NCBI GenBank assembly: GCA_902826385.1
Contig: CADEEU010000003.1
Coordinates: 1 to 29,483 of the forward strand
Direction: 5' to 3'
DNA: 29,483 nucleotides
Source of the DNA: an uncultured Acidobacteriota bacterium
GTDB lineage: Bacteria; Acidobacteriota; Blastocatellia; Pyrinomonadales; Pyrinomonadaceae
Numbering within the stretch: the first letter of the stretch is position 1; each line of letters begins with the position of its first letter. The notes under the pieces were generated by a model. It worked only from the letters and a program-made list of their open reading frames with translations. It made no database searches and was not told the DNA's origin. The translations under genes and the position numbers were made by a program. Below are positions 1 to 7,181 of the stretch, in pieces.

Positions 1-1494
1 CGCGCGTTTTTTACCCGGCGGATTCAATCCTGTATTTTTGCACAGGTTGCATTTCACCGCGAGCAGATCGTCGGTTGCCGTGACCGGAGGTGGAAGCTTT
101 GTCTGCCCGAGTGAAAGAACGGAAAGCGCGCTTGAGATTAAGTTGACGTTTGTCTCGATGCCGCCGTGCATCGGCACCATCGATATCGCGTTGTAGGGAC
201 ATTGCGTCGCACAGTCGCCGCAGCCAATGCAGGTCGCGCGGTTGATGTCGATTTCGCCGTCGGGAAAGCGAGCAATGGCTCCGGTCGGGCACCCGGTCAG
301 GCATTCCGGGTCCTGGCAATGCATGCATACGGTCGGGACAAGGACACTTTGCGTTGCACTTCGCGTTGGTTTTACAGGCCGTTCGATGTGAATGCCGCGG
401 CGGACGAGACGCGATGTACCGTGCACTTTGTGACAGGCGAGCGAACAATTGCCGCAACGGATGCACTTCGCCATGTCCATCACGAGCAGGTTGACCGCAT
501 CGGCTATGCCGGTTTCTATCTCGCGGCTGGCGGCGGTCAGCGAACGTTTGTCATCGGGCGGCTCAGGGGCTTCAGACGGTCCTGTTTCCGACATCGCTTT
601 CAATGCGGGTACGACGGCATTGCGTAAATTTGCTTCGTCTCGAAGCCGCGTGACCGCAATCTCCAGCACCTCGATACGGCTGCGGGCGGTTGCGGTAAAT
701 TTCCAGTCGGCGGGTTTGTCTACCGCATTAAGCCCAAGGCACGTCCCGTCACCGATCAGGTCCATAGCGACCGAACCGTCATCGAGCAAAAGGTCGGCCG
801 CAAGCGGATTAAACTCCGCTCCGCTAACTCGCTGAAGCCAGCCGTTGCGGATGTAGATGACGCGATTTACCGGATCGCCCTCGCGAAAAAGAACGTGGTC
901 TTTTTCATAGACAACGAATCGAGCCGCGTCACCTAATTGCTTTCGAACGTCAGCCGTAAGCTGAGAGCCGGCGGCCTCGTTCAGTTCGTTCAAAGTTAAG
1001 GAAAGGCCGTATGAGCGGTAGTTTCGATCAAGAGCCTTACCGAATTTCGGTAGCTTGCGAAGCAGGCGAATAGCGGGGCGCATCATCTCGATCACGATCG
1101 CCGATTCATTACCGCTGACGATCACGGACGCACTTCGCGGCGTGCCGGAAAGCAAGGCCATTTCGCCGAACGAATTTCCGGGCGCAACCTCGCCTACTTT
1201 TCGCAGTGAGCCCTGATCGGTGACAGTGGCGTCAAGCTTACCGGTGACAAGAATATAGAAGATACTGCTTTCCCATGTGTTTTCGACGATGATCGTTTCG
1301 CCAGGCTGGTATTCGAGAAGCCGTGCGTAGGGACCGACTTTTTTGGCGCGATAGCTGCGGCCAAACAGAATGACGTCCATTTCAAGCTCATTCTTAAACT
1401 CCTCGTTCGGAAGTTTTTCGACAAGCTCTGAAACGATATCTACATTCTGGAACGCCTCGATGATCAGGTCGTGATTTGTAATTTCACGCGGCAT
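1..1494 (-). CDS. Two cyclic-nucleotide-binding domains fused to a DmsB/NrfC-type 4x[4Fe-4S] ferredoxin domain (3' end outside the window)
   Basis: Hand-translated, not in the ORF track. ATG at 1494 with GAGAGG upstream; the frame is open for 498 codons to the window edge. First cNMP cassette FGEMALLSGTPRSASV; second domain VLFREGDPVNRVIYIRNG. Cys motifs CIRCGNCSLAC, CMHCQDPECLTGCP, CIGCGDCATQCP and KCNLC. Confidence 0.88.
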   Translation of the reverse strand, partial: MPREITNHDLIIEAFQNVDIVSELVEKLPNEEFKNELEMDVILFGRSYRAKKVGPYARLLEYQPGETIIVENTWESSIFYILVTGKLDATVTDQGSLRKVGEVAPGNSFGEMALLSGTPRSASVIVSGNESAIVIEMMRPAIRLLRKLPKFGKALDRNYRSYGLSLTLNELNEAAGSQLTADVRKQLGDAARFVVYEKDHVLFREGDPVNRVIYIRNGWLQRVSGAEFNPLAADLLLDDGSVAMDLIGDGTCLGLNAVDKPADWKFTATARSRIEVLEIAVTRLRDEANLRNAVVPALKAMSETGPSEAPEPPDDKRSLTAASREIETGIADAVNLLVMDMAKCIRCGNCSLACHKVHGTSRLVRRGIHIERPVKPTRSATQSVLVPTVCMHCQDPECLTGCPTGAIARFPDGEIDINRATCIGCGDCATQCPYNAISMVPMHGGIETNVNLISSALSVLSLGQTKLPPPVTATDDLLAVKCNLCKNTGLNPPGKKRA

Positions 1495-1521
1495 CGGCCT
1501 CTCTTTTTCACCGAGAAGATA

Positions 1522-1923
1522 TTAGGTTGGTTTGGTGTAGAAGTAAAAAGCAACTCCGCCCGCAATGATCGCAAATGCGAATAAAAGTAAAAGTGCTGCC
1601 GAACCAACAACGATCCAAATGACGTAAGAGTTCTTTTTTGGTTCGGATTTCGGCAGTGCTACGGCCGGTTTAACGACGGGCTGAATTGGAATCTTTGTAA
1701 CGGGATTTAGAGGCTTATCCGGAGTTTCCGAAATGTTCAGGCCCATGTCCGACAGTACCATGTTGAACGCCGTTTGGCTGAACTGAATGGTGTTGCCTGA
1801 GGCTTCGAACTCAGAATTTTCGATCCGCTGCTGTTCAGCCTCAAGCGGACTGCCGCACCCGGGGCAGAATGCTTTTGCCGCGTCTGCCGTTTCTCCGCAA
1901 TTGTTACAACTTCTAATACCCAT
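1522..1923 (-). CDS. Zinc-ribbon protein with C-terminal transmembrane helix
   Basis: N-terminal CNNC-x10-CPGC, a Pro-rich linker and the hydrophobic segment YVIWIVVGSAALLLLFAFAIIAGGVAFYFY; it starts 5 nt after the upstream stop. Confidence 0.75.
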   Translation of the reverse strand: MGIRSCNNCGETADAAKAFCPGCGSPLEAEQQRIENSEFEASGNTIQFSQTAFNMVLSDMGLNISETPDKPLNPVTKIPIQPVVKPAVALPKSEPKKNSYVIWIVVGSAALLLLFAFAIIAGGVAFYFYTKPT

Positions 1924-1928
1924 GCGGA

Positions 1929-2576
1929 TCAGTTCGACTTGTGGCAGATAAGACAGTCCTGCGTGGTTGCAAAGCCCGGTTTCTTTTTCAGCTCAGGACG
2001 CAGCTTTGCGGCCGCATCGTGGCAGGTGTTGCAGTTGATGTGATAAGCAAGCTCGTTGTTGAGATCTTTTTTTATCGATTTGCCACCCTCGGTGTAGAGG
2101 GCTGTCGGCATCGTCTTATCGTCGGGAACACTTCCGTCCTGAAAGTGGCAGAAACGACATTCATTTACTTTTTGCGGTGAGGCTTTCCACGATTCGAGGG
2201 TCAGCGACACCTCTCTTTCGGAAGTAACGAGCGGGGATTTCATCGCCGACTTTGGTTGATCGGTATGATGGCATTCAACGCAGCCGACCACCGATTTGCC
2301 GTCCGGGCTGTAAGGCTTGAACGCATGTGTTTCATGACTGAAAGGAACTTCGCCATATTCGGACAAACTGTCCTTACCGAGCGTGAATTCCTTGCTCATC
2401 GTTTTGTCTGCCGCAGGGGGCTTAGCAGTCGTATTTGCGGTTGCGGGCGTCGGAGACGGTTTTGCCTGAGCCTGTACGGTGGTACGCAAATCCGGCAGAT
2501 CGACCGAACCGATCGCTATGAACGCCGCGGCCGAGACAAAAACTGTTATCACAAATATTTTCAATAGGTTGGTCAT
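1929..2576 (-). CDS. Tetraheme class III (c3-type) cytochrome c, exported or membrane-anchored
   Basis: Hydrophobic N-terminus; FSHETH, then CVECHH, CRFCH, YHINCNTCH and CLICH, which is the c3 ligand pattern. Confidence 0.9.
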   Translation of the reverse strand: MTNLLKIFVITVFVSAAAFIAIGSVDLPDLRTTVQAQAKPSPTPATANTTAKPPAADKTMSKEFTLGKDSLSEYGEVPFSHETHAFKPYSPDGKSVVGCVECHHTDQPKSAMKSPLVTSEREVSLTLESWKASPQKVNECRFCHFQDGSVPDDKTMPTALYTEGGKSIKKDLNNELAYHINCNTCHDAAAKLRPELKKKPGFATTQDCLICHKSN

Positions 2577-2602
2577 ACGGTGGGCCGGGAGAGGGCAATT
2601 AA

Positions 2603-2632
2603 ATTAAACCGTACTTTTCGAACTCATGTCAA
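2603..2632 (-). promoter_or_regulatory. Putative internal sigma70 promoter for the tetraheme cytochrome and downstream genes
   Basis: The minus strand reads TTGACA-N18-TTTAAT within the only ~107-bp gap of the leftward gene run. Confidence 0.45.
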
Positions 2633-2683
2633 TGATTTTGGGACGAGACGAATTCTGTATTTTTGCGACGTAACAATCCATTT

Positions 2684-3553
2684 CTAGTTCGGAAGCATGT
2701 CGAAGCCCGAGCCTGCGTGACATCGTTTGCAGTTGGCAAAATCGGCGTCGCCGAAAGCTCGAACGTTGTTGTGGCAGGTGGCACAGCTTGTTCGATTGCC
2801 GTCGGCTTTGCGATGACCGTGTACGAGAGGCAATGTAACCTGGCGTGATTGCGGAGCACGAGCAACAATATCGTGACACTCGTTACAGGAAACTCCTTGG
2901 GCAGAAGAATGAGATGCGTGGCTGAAAACCGCACGGAATGCGTATCGCGATTGCGGCGTGCGGCTGTAGGGGGCGAGTTCGTGACAGACGTTGCACGAAC
3001 CGATCTTGCTCTCCGGCGTGTGGCAGGATAAACAATCTGCGTGAGCACTTATCCCCGCGGGAATCGATTTAGCCGCACCGGCAGGTGAATGACACGCAAC
3101 GCAGCCGTTACGCGGCTCGGCGGCCCCGCGTGAGTGAACAGCGTGGTCGAACTTCATATTAAAGCCTTCTGAAAACTTTGCGGGAAATGCCGCAACCGTC
3201 GGCGGCGATACATTCAGGTCTTGATGACAAATGGCGCACATCTTCGGCTCTTGCGACGTGAACTGATTTAGATGACAGCCAATGCACGAATCGTGTCCGG
3301 CGTATTTCAATTCCATCGAAACCTTCAACGATCCGGATTCGCGTTGGTGGCAGGAATCGCAAGCGAAAGATTGATGCTCGGGAATGCGGTGAGAGAAATT
3401 TTCAAACGTTTTTTGCGAAGTTCGCACTAACGGAGGTTCGGGCGTTTCCAACGAGGTGATTGTCGGCTGAAGACGTTCGCCCTTTTGAAGGCACGATGCA
3501 ACAAAGATCGCGAATACGATTGCGAGAATGCCTTTCTTTAAGAATGTTTTCAT
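2684..3553 (-). CDS. Nonaheme cytochrome c lipoprotein (three c7-like triheme modules)
   Basis: Start reassigned to ATG 3553 (MKTFLKKGILAIVFAIFVASC, lipobox-like VASC). Nine motifs: CDSCH, CIGCH, CAICH, CVACH, CLSCH, CNVCH, CNECH, CATCH, CKRCH, in triplets each preceded by F[S/D]H..H. Confidence 0.88.
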   Translation of the reverse strand: MKTFLKKGILAIVFAIFVASCLQKGERLQPTITSLETPEPPLVRTSQKTFENFSHRIPEHQSFACDSCHQRESGSLKVSMELKYAGHDSCIGCHLNQFTSQEPKMCAICHQDLNVSPPTVAAFPAKFSEGFNMKFDHAVHSRGAAEPRNGCVACHSPAGAAKSIPAGISAHADCLSCHTPESKIGSCNVCHELAPYSRTPQSRYAFRAVFSHASHSSAQGVSCNECHDIVARAPQSRQVTLPLVHGHRKADGNRTSCATCHNNVRAFGDADFANCKRCHAGSGFDMLPN

Positions 3554-3588
3554 TAACGCGGTTTGTTGGCCTGCTTCATTCCATCCAC

Positions 3589-4611
3589 TCAATTCTGATG
3601 GCTCGGCGGAATCGGGAACCTTCCGACCTCGGGCGAATGGCAGTAAATACACTGAAACGTCGGTTTCTTTTCCTCCAAACTCGCCTCCCGTTTTCCGATC
3701 TCTTCGCGAATCACAGGTCCGTGGCACGAACTCGTGCTGCACGTCAGGATAGGCACGTCCGCATCCTTCATCTTTGCTATGTCGGAGTTTTGCGCAATTC
3801 GGACGTGACAGGTCATACAGTCTTTATTGACGTGGTTTTTGCTCAAGTGATCGAACTTTATCGAATACCGGCTGATTGTGTTCGAATCGAAATACGGTGT
3901 CGTCAATTTATGACAACCCGCGCAATCAGTACGGGCGGGTTTTTGATTTTGATAATGACACGTGAAACAGGACGCATGCGAGTTCGGCGAATCTTTGAAA
4001 AAACCTGCAGCGGGCAGAAACGCTCCGGTCGCTGCTTCGACAAGCGGCTTCACCCCAGCTGAAACACGCGGGCCGTATTTTGGAAGTTTTTCCGTCGTTT
4101 TATGACAGATCGCGCAGTTATTGAATTCAGGCGTTTTCGGATCGTCTGCGGATCGAAAATTAGTCGGAACAAAATGGGCGACCACAGTTTCCGTTTGTTT
4201 GACGTTCCTTGCGATCAAATCCTGATGGACGTCGTGAGGGAAAACAATTGAAAATTCCTGCGAACGGGAACGAACGGGAAACGGAAATCTGGCCGCACCT
4301 CGTGGGCCGGGATTCGTGTGACAACCCGCACAGATCGCCGGTCGGTTACCGCTGAAAAAATCGCGGCGGTGACAATTGATGCATGATGCATGGCCCGGAA
4401 AGTCAGCGACGTCCGGATAGCCGCGAGTTGAAACCCAATTGGACGTCGGAACTTTGTGGCATGAACTGCAGTCGATCTTTTTGTGTGAAGCAGAGGCGTG
4501 CGAGAACCCTTTGTCACGCCGCTGGGCCGAAGCCGGGTCGGACGGACCGAGAAACATCACGGCCGCAGCCGACGCAAAAAAAGCAAAAATGAACAAGACG
4601 CGAAGTTTCAT
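3589..4611 (-). CDS. Nonaheme cytochrome c (three c7-like modules; 8 CXXCH plus 1 CX4CH), Sec signal peptide
   Basis: ATG 4611 overlaps the upstream TGA (ATGA). Motifs CSSCH, CINCH, CAGCH, CAICH, CFTCH, CAGCH, CMTCH, CSTSSCH, CIYCH; signal peptide ends ASA-Q. Confidence 0.88.
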   Translation of the reverse strand: MKLRVLFIFAFFASAAAVMFLGPSDPASAQRRDKGFSHASASHKKIDCSSCHKVPTSNWVSTRGYPDVADFPGHASCINCHRRDFFSGNRPAICAGCHTNPGPRGAARFPFPVRSRSQEFSIVFPHDVHQDLIARNVKQTETVVAHFVPTNFRSADDPKTPEFNNCAICHKTTEKLPKYGPRVSAGVKPLVEAATGAFLPAAGFFKDSPNSHASCFTCHYQNQKPARTDCAGCHKLTTPYFDSNTISRYSIKFDHLSKNHVNKDCMTCHVRIAQNSDIAKMKDADVPILTCSTSSCHGPVIREEIGKREASLEEKKPTFQCIYCHSPEVGRFPIPPSHQN

Positions 4612-5372
4612 TTTTGCTCGCACGCTCCTGTTCCGCATTGCGGCAGATCTTTCACGATGACTTCACAATTTTTTATTGTTTTACCCGCTTCCGGCACCTG
4701 TAAATTAAGTTTTGCCGTTTTGCCTGGTTCGACCGAAACCTCGCACGCCCAGACATAGCTCTTCTTTCCCACTTCCATCGCCAAGATGTTCGACACCGTA
4801 AACTTTGTCGCGACCGGCACCGGAATATCAATGAAGATAGATTTGACCGTAATGGTATCGGTCATCGACGACTGAAGCGGTTTTGCGTTACCGAGCAGGG
4901 TTTCCGAAAGCGTTCGTTTTTGAAGGTAAAAACCGTTGACCAGGTTCGCCGACATGTTGGTCAAAAGCCAGTCACGGGCGATCGCGGGTTTAGATCGGAA
5001 CTGCGTCATGCCTTTTGTGAATGCCGCCTTAAATTCCGGCACACTCTGAATCTCGCTCTCCGACGGCGTCCGGCAATATGGCGATTCGCAATCGGCCGCC
5101 TGCAGCCAGCAGATGAACGGCTGGCTGGCCTTCGCCCGCTTGTAATAGCAATCACGCGAAACGACCTCGGCGGTTCTGATCCGCTCGAGCAGGGAAGAGT
5201 TTTCTTTGAGTCCACCAGTAAAAAGATAGAAACGTTTCCGCGTCAACTTCTCCACCTTGCCGTCGATCTTCACCCGGCCTGAAACTTCGAGAGCTCCTGT
5301 CGAGGCAGCCTGCGGCAAAGCCATCGGTGCCAGAAGAAACGTTAAGAATGTGACAGCGAGACAGCGAGGCAT
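4608..5372 (-). CDS. Hypothetical secreted Cys-rich protein
   Basis: 254-aa ORF with a signal-peptide-like start and 8 Cys in the mature part but no CXXCH; tightly coupled to both neighbours (3-nt gap, 4-nt overlap). Confidence 0.75.
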   Translation of the reverse strand: MPRCLAVTFLTFLLAPMALPQAASTGALEVSGRVKIDGKVEKLTRKRFYLFTGGLKENSSLLERIRTAEVVSRDCYYKRAKASQPFICWLQAADCESPYCRTPSESEIQSVPEFKAAFTKGMTQFRSKPAIARDWLLTNMSANLVNGFYLQKRTLSETLLGNAKPLQSSMTDTITVKSIFIDIPVPVATKFTVSNILAMEVGKKSYVWACEVSVEPGKTAKLNLQVPEAGKTIKNCEVIVKDLPQCGTGACEQK

Positions 5373-5375
5373 AAT

Positions 5376-7031
5376 CTACGGCAGAGTCGGACGGGCTGGG
5401 AACTTTAAGAAAGGAAGCCGGACGCCGCGTACCAGCACTCGGTCGGAACGCATCTCGACGGCAGGGGCAAAATTATTCGCACCTGCGGCAGCTATAAAAT
5501 CGTCCTGATCGATGCCGTCGCCGCTAACCCCGATTCCGCCCGCGAGCACGCCGCCTTTGTAAATTGGCAGGCCGCCTGCAAAAATCTGAATACCGTTCGG
5601 TAATTCCGGAATTGTTGTGCACGGACACGGAGCCATGCCGCCGCGTTTCTGTCGGCCGTACGCGCGACAGCTTACAGGCGGAGAAACGAGAGCGGTCCGA
5701 ATAAGATCCAACTGAAGCCCCACATTGAACGGGCTCCAATTAGAAAGCGGCGTGCTGAACGGACCAGCAGTTGTATTATTAATACCGTCCGGGAACAGAG
5801 GTCGATGTAGAAAACCAACCGCACGGTCACTAAACGCCACCGAGCCGTTCAAACCAATTCCGTCCGCCGCCGCTCTCGTAACGTAGCTGCCAAATCCGGC
5901 GGCGTTCAATTTTGTCGCAGCGTCCGGACGCGCGAAGAACATCGACGTACGCGCCTTTTGTACCGAAACGTCCAGCCCAAAAATCGGAGCATCGTTTTGA
6001 CCGAAAATTCCAAGAACCGCGCCGTTGACATCGACCACGGCGACGTTCACACGCGCGTTGCCGCCGATCGGCTGACGAATCCCGGCTCTCGTGATATTCG
6101 CGATCTGTGCCGCCGAGGCGAGTATCTGCTGAACGTCCGCAAGCGTCAGAACCGTTCCGGCCGTTGTTGGAAAACGTACAGTCGCTCGTCCCGGAACCCC
6201 ACCCGCCGTCGTTGGAAAAAAATCGCTCGCCGGCGCGGCTATTACAGGAGCGGTAACGCTACCAGGCAGACTGCCGAACGGCGTCGTCGGCACGTCCGGC
6301 ACGGTCGCATTGTTTAGATAGGGAAGCCGGATTCCTTCGACAAGAATATTGTCGCCGCGGATCAGTGGCGGCGATTCAAATCCGCGCACTGCGGCGATCG
6401 CAATGATCTCTTCCACAGCCTGATCGTTATCCAGCGGGTTGCGATCGATCGTGTAAAGTCCGTCGCCCTCAATACCGACGCCTCCGACCGCGAATCCATT
6501 TTTATAAACCGGTATGCCGCCGGGATCGCCGGAAAGCCCGAGAGGCAAACCCTCGATCGCAACATCCGAACACGGAAGAGTGGAAAATTGCACGCCGTAA
6601 AGCGGTCCACCGGGACGATTGTCGATGCCGGGCGGGAAATGTTCCTGAATGATGAACGAAGCCGTGCGAGTGGTGAATGCGTTACCGGACGTAGAAAACA
6701 AGCCGGCCGTGCCAGCCTTTGAATACGAAGCCGCGGCGCTCGGCACGATCAAATTCTCGAGTCCCTGACCGGCCGTTCCGACGCTTCTGATAAGCGTCGT
6801 TGATGATGCGCCGGTCATCGCGAATGTGCCCAGCAGATTACCCTCATTGTCCGTAACTGAAACCGTTACGCGCTGATTCAATGCGCCAGCGGCAGAAACG
6901 GCCTGCGCAATTATCCGCTGAACATCGACGACTGTAAGACTGTTTTGAGAAAAGACAGGAAGATTAAAAAGAAGCAGGATCGCGGCACTGGCAAAAAACT
7001 CAAATTTTTTCACCCGGCATTTTCGGTTCAT
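5376..7031 (-). CDS. Secreted heme-binding protein with two GlcG/HbpS (DUF336) domains
   Basis: Two repeats of LT..DVQ.I.A.A...A...V.V.V.D..G..LG.F, each followed by G.P.YK.G...GG.G..GDG.D motifs; N-terminal signal peptide (VFS-Q). The start could alternatively be the GTG six codons downstream. Confidence 0.82.
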   Translation of the reverse strand: MNRKCRVKKFEFFASAAILLLFNLPVFSQNSLTVVDVQRIIAQAVSAAGALNQRVTVSVTDNEGNLLGTFAMTGASSTTLIRSVGTAGQGLENLIVPSAAASYSKAGTAGLFSTSGNAFTTRTASFIIQEHFPPGIDNRPGGPLYGVQFSTLPCSDVAIEGLPLGLSGDPGGIPVYKNGFAVGGVGIEGDGLYTIDRNPLDNDQAVEEIIAIAAVRGFESPPLIRGDNILVEGIRLPYLNNATVPDVPTTPFGSLPGSVTAPVIAAPASDFFPTTAGGVPGRATVRFPTTAGTVLTLADVQQILASAAQIANITRAGIRQPIGGNARVNVAVVDVNGAVLGIFGQNDAPIFGLDVSVQKARTSMFFARPDAATKLNAAGFGSYVTRAAADGIGLNGSVAFSDRAVGFLHRPLFPDGINNTTAGPFSTPLSNWSPFNVGLQLDLIRTALVSPPVSCRAYGRQKRGGMAPCPCTTIPELPNGIQIFAGGLPIYKGGVLAGGIGVSGDGIDQDDFIAAAGANNFAPAVEMRSDRVLVRGVRLPFLKFPARPTLP

Positions 7032-7042
7032 GGCCGCAATGA

Positions 7043-7071
7043 TTTTTATACGTTATCGATTTGCGAGTCAA
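7043..7071 (-). promoter_or_regulatory. Possible sigma70 promoter for the leftward operon
   Basis: The minus strand reads TTGACT-N17-TAAAAA. Confidence 0.35.
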
Positions 7072-7119
7072 GCAGTTTTGCACAGGATGCGGAAGCTGAC
7101 GCCTTAGTGTGTGCAACTG

Positions 7120-7128
7120 TGCTATGAT
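7120..7128 (+). promoter_or_regulatory. Possible extended -10 promoter for the rightward operon
   Basis: TG-C-TATGAT, 53 nt upstream of the ATG at 7182. Confidence 0.4.
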
Positions 7129-7181
7129 GCTCGCGGTTTTTTTAAGAAGTCTTCGAGTAGTCGTGCAAACCATCTGCGTCG

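Noticed and set aside
3554-3742. Long N-terminal extensions in the ORF track (also 16280-16393, 17392-17457, 26989-27069)
   Set aside because: They overlap upstream genes or repeats; downstream ATGs give proper signal peptides or conserved N-termini.
3954-3969. AATGACACGTGAAACA, a 12/16 match to canonical parS
   Set aside because: It is not palindromic and is explained by the codons of the CFTCH heme motif on the minus strand.
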